A stretch of 63,674 nucleotides of DNA, the filler included, from Nitrospinae bacterium RIFCSPLOWO2_12_FULL_45_22 (GTDB lineage: Bacteria; 2-12-FULL-45-22): NCBI GenBank assembly GCA_001803565.1. It is 5 parts of 5 records of this genome, joined end to end, with 100 filler letters (N's around TTAATTAATTAA, not from the genome) between each part and the next. Parts side by side here need not be neighbours in the genome. Positions count along the whole stretch, not along the records: positions 9,869 to 31,003 come from MHDQ01000120.1; positions 31,104 to 38,456 come from MHDQ01000121.1; 3 more parts are not named here. One strand, given 5' to 3'. The position numbers and the translations under genes are program-made. Under the pieces are notes generated by a model. The model made no database searches. It saw only the letters and a program-made list of their open reading frames with translations, and had not been told where the DNA came from. Below are positions 20,135 to 34,449 of this stretch, piece after piece; positions within the stretch are counted from its first letter, which is position 1; each line of letters opens with the position of its first letter.

Positions 20135-20739
20135 GACCTTTTATGCACAGGTAGGTGTTAACTCAGGCCCCTCTATTTACCATAGATTATATGGTAATCT
20201 AAAACCCTTCCTGACATCAAGATTTTTCTCATTTCGCCTATTCTTCTTGACTCCGCGCGAAATCCTTTAGAATATTCCCGGGTGCTGCCCCCCCCCTTTT
20301 TTTTCTGATCCCGCTTGCTTAAGAAACCCCTAAGACGTGTGGATGGTTTTAAATTAATAAACCTCCAAAACCTTTCTATGAGATTTAAACCCGAGTTTCA
20401 GATTTGGGCTATTCCATGACGGAAATATTCAGTAAAAACTAATTAAATTCTTTGTGTCCTTTGTGGTAACAAATTTAACTTACAAAAATTGTTTGACAAG
20501 AAAGGAATTAGTATGCTACAAATATTTAATTTATCGTCGCTTTTTGCAATCAATTCCCCCTGAAAACTGGGGGGGGTCGTAACAGTTTAGCCCAATAAAG
20601 CATCTCATGGATTATTTGTAGTGGCAAAGCTTGTCTGGCAAAGACTTTTTCCGTGGCAACTAACTANNNNNNNNNNNNNNAGCTTGTCTGGCAAAGACTT
20701 TTTCCGTGGCAACTAACTAGTTATTAAAGGAGATAAAGG

Positions 20740-21761
20740 TTGCTAGAAGTAAATTTTACCCTGGTGGTTCAGATGGCCCTTTTTCTGGTTACCATGTTTT
20801 TGTTAACAAAGTTGCTCTTTAAGCCCATCATGCAGACCCTGGAGAAAAGGGATGCAGCTATTTATGGTAGCCGGCAAGAGGTAGAAGTAAAAGAAAAGCA
20901 GTTCAAAGAACAGTTAGAGAATTATCATACCACGATAGATGCTGCCAGGAGGCGATTAGCAGAGGAGTTGGCTCAAAAAAGGAAAGAGGCAGAGGCCGAA
21001 CAAGCCGCCCTACTAAATAAGGCACGGGAAGAATCTTCTAATCTATTAGATGAGGCCCGGATAAAGATAAAAGAAGAGGAAGAAAAGGCCAGGATAGCCC
21101 TCAGAGCGCAAGGCCAGCTATTCGCCTCATTTATAGTGCGGAAGCTGTTAGGCCGCGACCTCTTGCAAAAGACATTAGGACTATTGCCCTTATTCTTATT
21201 GGTCCCCTCAGTTGCTATCTTTATTTTCCCGGCGCTGCTTTGGGCGGTAACCGAAGGCCCTGCCCATAACGGCGGAGTGCCAGCCGAACAGTACATTAAG
21301 CTGGCCTGGCAAATCATCAACTTCATTGTCTTAGTGGTTGTACTATATCTACTCATGCGCAAGAACCTGGCAGATTATTTTGTCCAACGTAGTAACACGA
21401 TAGGGACAGAGATTGATGCAGCCCAAAAAGCCCGGATAGAGATGGAGCGAAAAATTAAAGAGTATGAGGCAAGACTGACAGGAGTGGATCAGGAGGTTGC
21501 TCGTATGCAAAAAGAGGCACAGAAGGAGATGGAAGCCCTCCGGCAAAAGATGCGGGAAGATACTAAGCGGGTTTCAGGGCTGATCTTGCAGCAATCCCAA
21601 AAAAGTATCCAGTTAGAGACTAAAAGGGCGCAACAAGCCCTGCAGGCTGAAGCGTCTTTGCTGGCTATCAACCTTGCCAAGGACATTTTGAAACGGGAGA
21701 TAACCCCAGAAGACCAGACCCGCCTGGTCCAGAACTATATCGGTAAGATAGGAGAGTCAGC

Positions 21762-21765
<4 letters not shown>
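20740..21765 (+). CDS. atpF: ATP synthase F0 subunit b'-b fusion
   Basis: Two b-type modules (LLFKPIMQTLEKR...KLLGRDL and QIINFIVLVVVLY...YFVQR) in one frame; AAGGAG RBS with TTG start; upstream of atpH. Confidence 0.85.
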
Positions 21766-23826
<2,061 letters not shown>

Positions 23827-23833
23827 TTTATCT

Positions 23834-23998
23834 GTAAGCATTCAGCCGTCAGCTATCAGTGGTCAGCAAGACTTATGGCAGGGAGTCAGCATTCAGGGAT
23901 TGGCACTCAGGTGAAATCTTTTGATTCTTAACCGCTAACTACTGACCCCTGATACCTTGTTTATTACTGAAAGCTGAGGGCTGATAGCTGAACGCTTA
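23834..23998. repeat. Palindromic intergenic repeat inside the atp operon
   Basis: TAAGCATTCAGCCGTCAGCTATCAG ... CTGATAGCTGAACGCTTA; related arms near 5718 and 38148. Confidence 0.65.
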
Positions 23999-24010
23999 TC
24001 TATATTTGTT

Positions 24011-24874
24011 ATGTCGAGCCTAAGGATTATTCGCCGCAGAATAAACAGTATAAAGACTACGCAGCAGATAACTAAGGCCATGAAGATGGTCTCTGCCGTC
24101 AAGTTTAGGCGAGCGCAAGAGCGGGTGATAGCCGCCCGGCCTTATGCCTACCGCATGGCTGAGGTAATCAGTAGACTGGCTAAAAGGACTAATCCAGAAG
24201 CCCATCCTTTACTGACCAGGCGGGCTAGAGAAAAGGCCTTGCTTATAGTTATAACGGCCGATAAAGGGCTCTGTGGTAGTTTCAATAGCAATGCAATAAA
24301 GAGAACGATGGCCCTTCTGGAAGAGGACCAGGTACAGTTCTCTCTTATAACTCTCGGGAAAAAAGGGACGGGTTACTTCAAGAAACGAAATGTAGTTATA
24401 AAAAGGGAGTATATAGACCTTTTCCGAAGCTTTTCATATAAAGACGCAGCGGCTATAGGCCGAGAGGTTAAAGAGGCTTATATCCAGGGCGAGGTTGATG
24501 AAGTGATCATGGTATATAATGAATTTGTTTCAGCCATGCAGCAACGGCTAACAACAAAGACCCTCCTCCCTCTTGCCCTGCCTTCTTTAGGAGAGGGTGA
24601 AGGGGGGGAATTTATTGAGTATATTTATGAACCTTCAGCCAGCCAGGTACTGGAAGCCCTGCTAAATAGATATGTCGAGGTCCAAATCTTTCATGCCTTG
24701 CTTGAATCGGCTGCCAGTGAGCATGGGGCCAGGATGACAGCTATGGATGCAGCGACAGAAAATGCCTCAGAGATGATTGATCGCCTCACTCTCCTGCTTA
24801 ACAAGGCCAGGCAAGCGGCTATTACTAAAGAACTGATCGAAGTAGTTAGCGGTGCCGATGCCCTTAAAGGTTGA
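24011..24874 (+). CDS. atpG: ATP synthase F1 gamma
   Basis: QITKAMKMVS, DKGLCG, RQAAITKELIE. Confidence 0.97.
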   Translation: MSSLRIIRRRINSIKTTQQITKAMKMVSAVKFRRAQERVIAARPYAYRMAEVISRLAKRTNPEAHPLLTRRAREKALLIVITADKGLCGSFNSNAIKRTMALLEEDQVQFSLITLGKKGTGYFKKRNVVIKREYIDLFRSFSYKDAAAIGREVKEAYIQGEVDEVIMVYNEFVSAMQQRLTTKTLLPLALPSLGEGEGGEFIEYIYEPSASQVLEALLNRYVEVQIFHALLESAASEHGARMTAMDAATENASEMIDRLTLLLNKARQAAITKELIEVVSGADALKG

Positions 24875-26314
<1,440 letters not shown>

Positions 26315-26328
26315 ACGCCCTTAGCGCT

Positions 26329-26745
26329 ATGGCCGATAAAATATTGCTGGAAATTGTTAGCCCAGAAAGACAAGTAGTTAAGGAGCTGGTGGATGAAGTG
26401 ACCGCCCCGGGTATAGAGGGCTATTTTGGTGTATTACCCGGACATACCCCATTCCTTACTACCTTAAAGATTGGTGAGATAGCTTATAAGACAGATAACA
26501 TTACTCGTTATTTAGCGCTCTGCTGGGGCTATGCCGAGGTAGAACCAGATAGGGTCGTTCTCCTGGCTGAGACGGCTGAGCCCGCAGAAGAGATTGATAT
26601 AGAAAGGGCGGAGCGGGCCCGCCACCGGGCTGAGGATCGCCTGCGGCAAAAGACGGAGGAGTTAGATTTTGAACGGGCCCGCATAGCCTTAGAACGGGCA
26701 CTTATCCGGCTCCAGGTAGCGAGTAAGAGAGTGAGTGGCCTATAA
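26329..26745 (+). CDS. atpC: ATP synthase F1 epsilon
   Basis: LEIVSPE, GVLPGH, EIDIERA. Confidence 0.95.
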   Translation: MADKILLEIVSPERQVVKELVDEVTAPGIEGYFGVLPGHTPFLTTLKIGEIAYKTDNITRYLALCWGYAEVEPDRVVLLAETAEPAEEIDIERAERARHRAEDRLRQKTEELDFERARIALERALIRLQVASKRVSGL

Positions 26746-26837
26746 AGGCACGCGTAACAGTAGCCCTGTTAACTGAACCCCGTGAACTGTTACAGGCACG
26801 CAATAATATAAAGCAGGAATAAATAGGTGGTTTTAAG

Positions 26838-27353
26838 GTGGTGTCCCTCGCATTAAGAGACGTGGCTTATATCCTGCCCAAAAAAATCTTATTATTTATC
26901 CTGTATCAAGTTTTTTTCGTTTTCCTTTTCTTTCCCTCAGTACAAGCTGGCGAGCTTATTTGCCAGGTCTGCCAGCGAAAAATCCACCCCCAGGTCAGCT
27001 TTGTCCTGGAGTTACGAGATGGGTCAAGGATAAAGACTTGCTGTCCCGGGTGTGCCATTTATCAGCAAGCCCAGGCAAAGCTCAAGGTCAAGGCTGCTTT
27101 TGCTACCGATTATATAAGTGGAAAAGCCCTTAAGGCAGAAGAGGCTATCTTTGTGGAGGATAGTGACCTGGATTTCTGTAGTCATCCAGCAATGCTTCTC
27201 ACTGAGTCAAAAACCCCACTGGCAAAGGTTTGGGACCGCTGCTTGCCCAGCCTGGTAGCCTTCGGAAACCCTGATGACGTCCGTAAGTTCCAACAAAAAC
27301 ATGGTGGCCACCTTCTCTCCTATGAAGACATAGTAAGGGAGAGACAGAAATAA
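26838..27353 (+). CDS. Exported NosL-like metal-binding protein
   Basis: Signal-like hydrophobic N-terminus, CxxC, CCxxC, TDY, AF...FQQKHGG; start uncertain. Confidence 0.6.
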   Translation: MVSLALRDVAYILPKKILLFILYQVFFVFLFFPSVQAGELICQVCQRKIHPQVSFVLELRDGSRIKTCCPGCAIYQQAQAKLKVKAAFATDYISGKALKAEEAIFVEDSDLDFCSHPAMLLTESKTPLAKVWDRCLPSLVAFGNPDDVRKFQQKHGGHLLSYEDIVRERQK

Positions 27354-27366
27354 TAATCTATAGGTC

Positions 27367-29541
27367 ATGCAAGGGAGGGGTTTTATGGAGCAGGGATTAG
27401 TGCTCGCCTTTTTCTGGCATATGCATCAGCCCATATATAAAGACCCTATAACCCAACAGTACCTCTTACCCTGGGTAAGGTTGCATTCTACCAGGGGATA
27501 CTTTGATATGATCTCTATCCTGGAGGATTTTCCCCAGATAAAAGCGACTTTTAACCTTACTCCTTCGTTGCTTCAGCAGATAGTAGATTATTCCACTAAC
27601 GCTAATATAAACGATGTTTATCTGTACTATACCAGAATACCAGCCGCAGAGTTGCCCCAGGAGGGAAAGCTCTTTATCTTAAAAAATTTTTTTAAATGTA
27701 ATTGGGATACAATGATTAAACCCTTTCCTCGTTACTGGTCTCTCTTACAGAAGCGGGGGTTGAATCCGAGCAGAGAGGATCTAAACAGTACGGCGGGGAA
27801 ATTTTCTGGTCAAGATTTTTTAGATCTACAGGTTCTTTTTAACCTGGCATGGTTTGGTTTTCGGGCTAAGCAGCGCTGGTTTGAGCTTTCGGAGCTGATA
27901 AAAAAGGGGGAAGGATTTTCCGAGCAGGATAAAGAGTTGGTCTTGTCTATCCAGCAGGCAGTCGTCAAAGAAGTCCTCCCTTATTATCGGAAGTTGGCCG
28001 AAGCCGGGCAGATTGAATTGACTACCAGCCCTTATTGTCATCCTATATTACCTTTGCTCTGGGATACCTCCCTGGCCCGTAGGGCATTCCCGAATATATC
28101 CCTTCCCAACCCATTTCAACACCCAGAAGATGTAAGGGCTCAGATTGATAAAGCTATTAGTTGCCATAAGGAGATTTTTGGCATAGCCCCAAAAGGGCTG
28201 TGGCCTTCAGAAGGTGCGGTCTGCCCTGAATTGATACCAGTTTTATCCGAAGCGGGTATAGAATGGATAGCTACCGATGAAGGGATTTTATGGGGCTCTC
28301 TGCCAACCGAAGGGCGGGGCAGGGATTCTCTCTATAAGCCATATCGGGCTACCTTTAGGGATAAGGAAATAGGTATAGTATTCCGGGATCGGGGGTTGTC
28401 CGACCTCTTTGGTTTTGTATATCATCACAATAGGCCGGAAAACGCCGTAGAAGACTTTTTCGGACGCCTATCCCAGATAAAAAATTACGTAGAGAACCCC
28501 CTGGTTTCCATAATCCTGGATGGTGAGAATCCATGGGAATACTATCCTGATGGGGGGCAGGGTTTTTTGTCCCTGCTTTATCAAGGCATTACCCAACAAA
28601 AAGTCCTCCAGACCACCAAGTTAGGAGATTATATCCGTTCTCATCCCTCTATCCTAACGCTGAGTAAACTAGCCTCTGGCTCCTGGATAAATAGCAACTA
28701 TGAAATCTGGATAGGTAGCCAGGAAGATAATCAGGCCTGGAACTATTTGGGACATACCCGGCAGTGGCTGGAATACCAGAGGCAAAAGGGCAGCCGCCCC
28801 AACGAACAGATAGCCATTGCCCTGGAAGCAATTTATACGGCCGAGGGGAGTGACTGGTTTTGGTGGTACGGGCCCCAGTTCTCTAATCCCTATAAGGGGA
28901 TATTTGATGAACTGTTCCGAAAAAACCTTATGCAGGTCTACCGGGCTTTAGGTGAGGAGGTCCCGCAGTATCTCTCCTTCCCTGTCTGTCAAGCGGAGAG
29001 GCAGGAAAAGAGCGGCCTGCCTGTGGGTTTTATTTCTCCTCATATTGATGGTAAAATAACCCATTTTTATGAATGGCGGGCAGCCGGGTTTTACACGGTT
29101 AGCTTAGGGCAAGGGGCTATGGCCGAGGGCCAGGCCCTGCTATCGGCGATCTATTTTGGTTTTGATCAGGATAATCTTTATTTTCGCTTAGACCCTATGC
29201 CTCTCCCGGAAGGGCTGGATACTGCGGCATGGGAAATCCATATCGAGCTGCGTGGCCCAGAAGAAAGGAAGCTGATGTTCCCTTTCGATAAAGAAAGATG
29301 TAACGGACTAACTTTGCATAAAGCTGGCCTGGTCAGCCAGACTTTTTCGTCTATAGCTTATGATAAAATAATAGAGGTCGGGGTCCCTTTTCGGAGCCTG
29401 GATTATTTACCCGGTTGTTCTATCGGCTTTTGTGTATCTATTCAGAATAGCTTCTTGGAAATAGCCCGCTATCCGAGGGAGGGACTCCTTAACTTTACTA
29501 TACCCGAAGAGTCTTTTGAAGCTACCATGTGGAGCGTCTAA
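27367..29541 (+). CDS. Glycoside hydrolase family 57 (amylopullulanase-like)
   Basis: WHMHQP, HPILPL, GLWPSEG, ILDGENPWE, AEGSDWFWW. Confidence 0.92.
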   Translation: MQGRGFMEQGLVLAFFWHMHQPIYKDPITQQYLLPWVRLHSTRGYFDMISILEDFPQIKATFNLTPSLLQQIVDYSTNANINDVYLYYTRIPAAELPQEGKLFILKNFFKCNWDTMIKPFPRYWSLLQKRGLNPSREDLNSTAGKFSGQDFLDLQVLFNLAWFGFRAKQRWFELSELIKKGEGFSEQDKELVLSIQQAVVKEVLPYYRKLAEAGQIELTTSPYCHPILPLLWDTSLARRAFPNISLPNPFQHPEDVRAQIDKAISCHKEIFGIAPKGLWPSEGAVCPELIPVLSEAGIEWIATDEGILWGSLPTEGRGRDSLYKPYRATFRDKEIGIVFRDRGLSDLFGFVYHHNRPENAVEDFFGRLSQIKNYVENPLVSIILDGENPWEYYPDGGQGFLSLLYQGITQQKVLQTTKLGDYIRSHPSILTLSKLASGSWINSNYEIWIGSQEDNQAWNYLGHTRQWLEYQRQKGSRPNEQIAIALEAIYTAEGSDWFWWYGPQFSNPYKGIFDELFRKNLMQVYRALGEEVPQYLSFPVCQAERQEKSGLPVGFISPHIDGKITHFYEWRAAGFYTVSLGQGAMAEGQALLSAIYFGFDQDNLYFRLDPMPLPEGLDTAAWEIHIELRGPEERKLMFPFDKERCNGLTLHKAGLVSQTFSSIAYDKIIEVGVPFRSLDYLPGCSIGFCVSIQNSFLEIARYPREGLLNFTIPEESFEATMWSV

Positions 29542-29964
29542 ACTTGCCCCCCATTAGCCAAAGGCTCCGTTACCTTACCTCTTGCTGGCCTGTACCTGAA
29601 CTATCCTGAGACCTGTCCTCTACCAGCACCTTATAACTGCGGAGAACTATGCCGATAAGATAAGATGGAGGAGTAACCCTTACCAGGCTAACTGACCCAT
29701 AGCATTGCCACCCCAGGAAGGAGCTAGCTGGCAGATCGGGCCGTCCATATCGGGAATTTAATGCTTATTGATAACTAAAATCAAAGTAATTATAATTATA
29801 ATAACTATACCTTGATTGATGATTGTTTAATCTTCTTGCTTTTTTTAAATTATTAGATATAATAAGTCCACTCTTGGCGTTTTATGATTCTTTTTCTTTT
29901 TGCCTGATTAATTACCTATAATGGGCGCCCCATGCTTTTCTAAATAATTACCAGGAGGGGGAAA

Positions 29965-30963
29965 ATGCCAGAACTCAGAAAAGACCCGGTTACCAGCCGC
30001 TGGGTTATTATTGCTACCGAGCGGGCCCAAAGGCCTTCAGACTTTGGCGTAGAGCCAGAGATCAGCCGCGGTGGATTTTGTCCCTTTTGTCCAGGTTTTG
30101 AAGGCAAGACTCCCAGAGAAGTAATGGCCTATCGGCCCAATGGCTCTTTACCAGATACTCCGGGCTGGTGGGTGCGGGTAGTGCCTAACAAGTTCCCGGC
30201 CCTGATGATCGAGGGAGGGCTAGGTAAGGTAGGCTATGGCATGTTTGACCGGATGAATGGCATTGGGGCTCATGAGGTTATAATTGAGACCCCCAGGCAT
30301 GAGGCTACCCTCTCTAGCTTAACAGAAAAGGAAATAGTGGACGTGTTCTGGGCTTATCGGGACCGGATCATTGACCTTAGCCGGGATAATCGCTTCCAAT
30401 ATATCCTTGTCTTCAAGAACCATGGCTCTTCAGCCGGTGCATCCCTGGAACATTCCCACTCGCAGCTTATTGCCTTGCCCATTGTCCCTAAGCAGGTAAT
30501 GGAGGAGTTATCTGGTTCTGCAGACTATTATCGCTATAAAGACCGCTGTGTATTTTGCGACATGGTAACTCAGGAATCCACCGAGGGCACGCGGGTAATA
30601 TACCAGAATGAGGACTTTCTGGTGGTGGCCCCCTATTCCTCTCGCTTTCCTTTCGAGATCTGGGTTTTACCTAAGTATCATAATTCCTCTTATGTAGAAG
30701 CGCAGAAGATCCATTATGAGCGCTTAGCCAATGCCTTCAGTATAAGCTTAAAGAAATTGGATCGGGCCTTAAATAAACCCCCTTACAACTTTATCCTCCA
30801 TACTGCCCCCATTAAGAACCAGTGCGAAGCCCATTATCATTGGCATTTCGAGATAATGCCTAAACTGACTAAAGTAGCAGGATTCGAATGGGGCTCGGGC
30901 TTCTATATCAATCCTACACCACCAGAAGAGGCCGCTAAATTCTTGTGCGACCTGGAAATCTGA
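29965..30963 (+). CDS. galT: Galactose-1-phosphate uridylyltransferase
   Basis: MPELRKDP, CPFCPG, GASLEHSHSQ, AGFEWGSG. Confidence 0.92.
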   Translation: MPELRKDPVTSRWVIIATERAQRPSDFGVEPEISRGGFCPFCPGFEGKTPREVMAYRPNGSLPDTPGWWVRVVPNKFPALMIEGGLGKVGYGMFDRMNGIGAHEVIIETPRHEATLSSLTEKEIVDVFWAYRDRIIDLSRDNRFQYILVFKNHGSSAGASLEHSHSQLIALPIVPKQVMEELSGSADYYRYKDRCVFCDMVTQESTEGTRVIYQNEDFLVVAPYSSRFPFEIWVLPKYHNSSYVEAQKIHYERLANAFSISLKKLDRALNKPPYNFILHTAPIKNQCEAHYHWHFEIMPKLTKVAGFEWGSGFYINPTPPEEAAKFLCDLEI

Positions 30964-31003
30964 TTCTACTCTATCTCCCCCTTGGGCGCCAAACCATCCC
31001 TTT

Positions 31004-31103
31004 NNNNNNNNNNNNNNNNNNNNNNNNNNNNNNNNNNNNNNNNNNNNTTAATTAATTAANNNNNNNNNNNNNNNNNNNNNNNNNNNNNNNNNNNNNNNNN
31101 NNN
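31004..31103. other. Artificial contig spacer
   Basis: N-run with TTAATTAATTAA. Confidence 0.98.
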
Positions 31104-31350
31104 GCCGGAATGACGACTTATGCGTATTTAATTTGGACGCTGTGTATAGCATTTCAAAATCAAAGACCTGAGATTAAGAGATTTACTGAAACAAGTTCAG
31201 CACAAGCATAGAGACTGGGAGACTAAATATCTAATCTCTTTTTAGTCTCTTAATCTCCTGGTTTCTCTAATTGTTAATTGCTAATTTTGCAATGAAGCCA
31301 AAAATCCGTGTTCATCCGTGTGTATCCGTGGTAAACTTTAGGAGCAAGGT

Positions 31351-34300
31351 TTATACTTTTTCCCGGTGCAGGTACCAGAGGGTCTTGGCCCTTACCCATC
31401 GCGCCCAACCATCCAGGATCAAATAGATAGTAGGCATAACCACCAGGGTCAGTAAGGTACTGCAAAGCAATCCGCCAAAAATGGCCCAGCCCAGAGGCTG
31501 TTTCATCTCAGAGCCATCTCCCCCCATAATCGCCATAGGCAAAACCCCTAAAAGAGTAGTTACGGTAGTCATGAGTATGGGCCGGAGGCGAGTAGAGCCA
31601 GCTTTTATGATAGCCTCTCGGACCGGTAATCCCCTCTCCCGTAACCGGTTAATATAATCCACCAGGACAATGCCATTATTGACCACCACACCCATTACAC
31701 AAATAATACCAATAAAGGATGGGACTGAGAGATAAGTCCGGCTAAGGAATAGGGCCCAGAATACCCCTATCAGACTATAGGGCACGGAAAACATAATAAT
31801 AAAAGGGTGGGTCAGGGATTCGAACTGAGCAGCCATGACCATATAGACCAGGGTAATAGCCAATATGAAGCCCAGGCTCAGGCTTAGAAAGGACTCGATC
31901 ATATTCTTATAAGAGCCGCTATATTCGATGAAGTATCCAGGCGGCATTCTAAGCCCCTCCAGTCCATCCTTTATCCGGCCTATCACCCAGGCCAGGTCTT
32001 TACCGCTGATATTGGCGGTGATAGTAGCGACCCGCTTTTGTCCTTCCCGATAGACCTTGCTCGGCCCACTGGATTTAACTACCCTGGCAATATCCCTTAA
32101 ATAAATTTGGCTACCAAAGGGAGTGGTAAGGAGGATATTTTCCAGGTCCGCAATACTATCCCGATCCCGTTCCCTTAGCCTCACCCGGATATCAATCTCA
32201 TCCCCTTTATCTTTATACCGGCTGGCTACCTCACCATCTATACCCGCATCTAATAGATGCCCTATCTGCCGCACCGTCAAGCCAAACTGGGCCATCTTAT
32301 CCCGGTCAAACTGGACATGGAGTTCTGGATCGCCAAAGGTAAATACTTCTTCTACGTCATATACTCCATCCACCGTTTTTATCTTTTCTGTTACAAGCTG
32401 AGAGAGCTGGGTTAGGATGAAGAGGTCTTTGCCGAAGATATTTACCTCTACCGGCTTGGTGCCGGCACCACCCAGGGAATGGGTCTGGAGATTAACAAAA
32501 TTGAACTTCTCTACCCCAGGGATCTTTGTAATGTCCTCCCGTAACGCATTGACGATCCCTTCGGTATCCTTATCCCGCTCCTTCCGGTCTACTAGCCGGG
32601 TCATGAACATGGCCCGCTTACCGTCAAAGGTACTCTGGCCCATAGTCCCACCTCGCGCTATACCGACCACGGTATGTTCTCCTTTTACTTCTGGCCTTTT
32701 GAATATGACATTTTCTATCTGGTGGGCTATCCGGTCGGTCTCTTCTAGCTTAGTACCGATGGGTGTCTCAATATCTAGCATGAAGGTAGGAGAATCGGCT
32801 AGCGGCATGAACTCTTTACCTATAGGGATAATCAGGAGCAGGCTCCCAAGGAAGAAAAGGGTACTACCACCCAAAGTGACCATTTTATGGTTCAAGACCC
32901 AATTTAATAGACCTTGATAAAGCCGGATAACTGGTTTTAACCACTTATCCTGAGCGGTTCGAACCAGGTGGGCGTTTAGCAATTTAGAGCTCAGCATAGG
33001 GACAACGGTCAAGGCGATTACTAATGACATCATGAGGGAATAGGCTACGGTGAGGGCCAGCTCGCGGAATATCCGGGCCGAGATACCGGTAGTAAAGACA
33101 ATAGGTATAAAGACGACGATAGAAGTTAAGGTAGAGGCAGTAATGGCCATCATTACCTCGTTCGTTCCTTCCCGGGCCGCGCTCAACCTGTCCTTCCCCT
33201 CTTCTTTGATATGACGGAAGATATTTTCCAACACTACAATCGAGTTGTCTACCAGCATCCCTACGGCCAGTAATATCCCTCCAATGGTCATCATATTAAT
33301 GGTCAAGCCAGTAAAATATATGGGGATAAAGGTAGCCAGGATAGAAAAGGGGATAGCCAGGCTGATTATCAGGGTGGGCCTGATCTGGCGCAGAAAGAAA
33401 AATATTACTATGATAGCTAAGAGGCCGCCCTGCCATATATTGTCCCGGACATTGCCCATAGCCATATGGATATAATCAGCCTGGTCAAAGTGCTTGCTCA
33501 GGGTCACTCCGGGCGGCAGGTGCTTCCTCATCTGATGAATCTTCTTCCAGACCTTCTTGGATATTTGTACTGGGTTGACCCCGGTCTGCTTGAGGATAAC
33601 TACCATCCCGCCGGGCTGCTGATTATGCCGGGAATAGACCAGGGTCTCGGCATAAGTATCATAGACCCGGGCGATATCCCGCAGCCGGATAGGGGCCTGA
33701 CCCTTTATTGCCAGGACCATCTCGCCTAACTCACTGACCTGGCTCACCTCCCCTAAGGCCCTGACCAGATAATCTTTCTGCCCCTCTTTTATATTACCGG
33801 CGGAGATGTTTAAATTTTCCCGGTTCAGGGTTTGCAATACCTGATCCAGGGCCAGGCCATAACCCGCCAGCTTCTCCTGATCTACGGCTACCAACACCTC
33901 TCTATCTGAGCCGCTATAGACCGAGACCGAGGCCACGCCATCAACGGCGGTCAACTGGTCTTTAATGTAGTCATCGGCGATCTTCTTCAACTGGTGCACG
34001 TCATACCCACCGCCAGAGAAGCTCAACATCATCACCGGGATATCCGAGGGGTTAAACTTGGCAATGATGGGCTTATGAGCCTCATCCGGCCAAAAATGAT
34101 CCGGTATCTGATCTATCTTCTCCCGCACCTCTACCGGCGCAATATCCATATCCGTGCCCCATTCAAACTCTACCGAGACCACCGAGAACTCCCGTTTCGA
34201 GATAGAGGTTATCTTTTTTACCCCAGAGATGGAATTAACTGCCCCCTCGATCAGCTTGGTCAAAGACTCTTCGATCTCCTCGGGCCCTACGCCTTCATAT

Positions 34301-34449
34301 TCGGTGACAATAGTGACAAAAGGGAAGGTCAGGTCGGGTAAGAGATCAACCGGGAGCCGGGAGAATGAGGCTAGGCCTAAGATAATGATGATCAGGATGA
34401 TCATAGAGGCCGCTACTGAGCGGCGGACCGAGAAATCTGATAGGGACAT
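31351..34449 (-). CDS. RND efflux permease (AcrB/AcrD/AcrF family)
   Basis: GMLVDNSIVVLENI, GVVVNNGIVLVD, RLRPILMT; 1032 aa. Confidence 0.95.
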   Translation of the reverse strand: MSLSDFSVRRSVAASMIILIIIILGLASFSRLPVDLLPDLTFPFVTIVTEYEGVGPEEIEESLTKLIEGAVNSISGVKKITSISKREFSVVSVEFEWGTDMDIAPVEVREKIDQIPDHFWPDEAHKPIIAKFNPSDIPVMMLSFSGGGYDVHQLKKIADDYIKDQLTAVDGVASVSVYSGSDREVLVAVDQEKLAGYGLALDQVLQTLNRENLNISAGNIKEGQKDYLVRALGEVSQVSELGEMVLAIKGQAPIRLRDIARVYDTYAETLVYSRHNQQPGGMVVILKQTGVNPVQISKKVWKKIHQMRKHLPPGVTLSKHFDQADYIHMAMGNVRDNIWQGGLLAIIVIFFFLRQIRPTLIISLAIPFSILATFIPIYFTGLTINMMTIGGILLAVGMLVDNSIVVLENIFRHIKEEGKDRLSAAREGTNEVMMAITASTLTSIVVFIPIVFTTGISARIFRELALTVAYSLMMSLVIALTVVPMLSSKLLNAHLVRTAQDKWLKPVIRLYQGLLNWVLNHKMVTLGGSTLFFLGSLLLIIPIGKEFMPLADSPTFMLDIETPIGTKLEETDRIAHQIENVIFKRPEVKGEHTVVGIARGGTMGQSTFDGKRAMFMTRLVDRKERDKDTEGIVNALREDITKIPGVEKFNFVNLQTHSLGGAGTKPVEVNIFGKDLFILTQLSQLVTEKIKTVDGVYDVEEVFTFGDPELHVQFDRDKMAQFGLTVRQIGHLLDAGIDGEVASRYKDKGDEIDIRVRLRERDRDSIADLENILLTTPFGSQIYLRDIARVVKSSGPSKVYREGQKRVATITANISGKDLAWVIGRIKDGLEGLRMPPGYFIEYSGSYKNMIESFLSLSLGFILAITLVYMVMAAQFESLTHPFIIMFSVPYSLIGVFWALFLSRTYLSVPSFIGIICVMGVVVNNGIVLVDYINRLRERGLPVREAIIKAGSTRLRPILMTTVTTLLGVLPMAIMGGDGSEMKQPLGWAIFGGLLCSTLLTLVVMPTIYLILDGWARWVRAKTLWYLHREKV

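Noticed and set aside
20628-20719. Direct repeat of about 39 bp upstream of atpF
   Set aside because: The copies flank a short N gap, so this is most likely a scaffolding overlap artefact
29542-29780. Possible small gene or RNA after GH57
   Set aside because: Only short frames and no recognisable motif or structure
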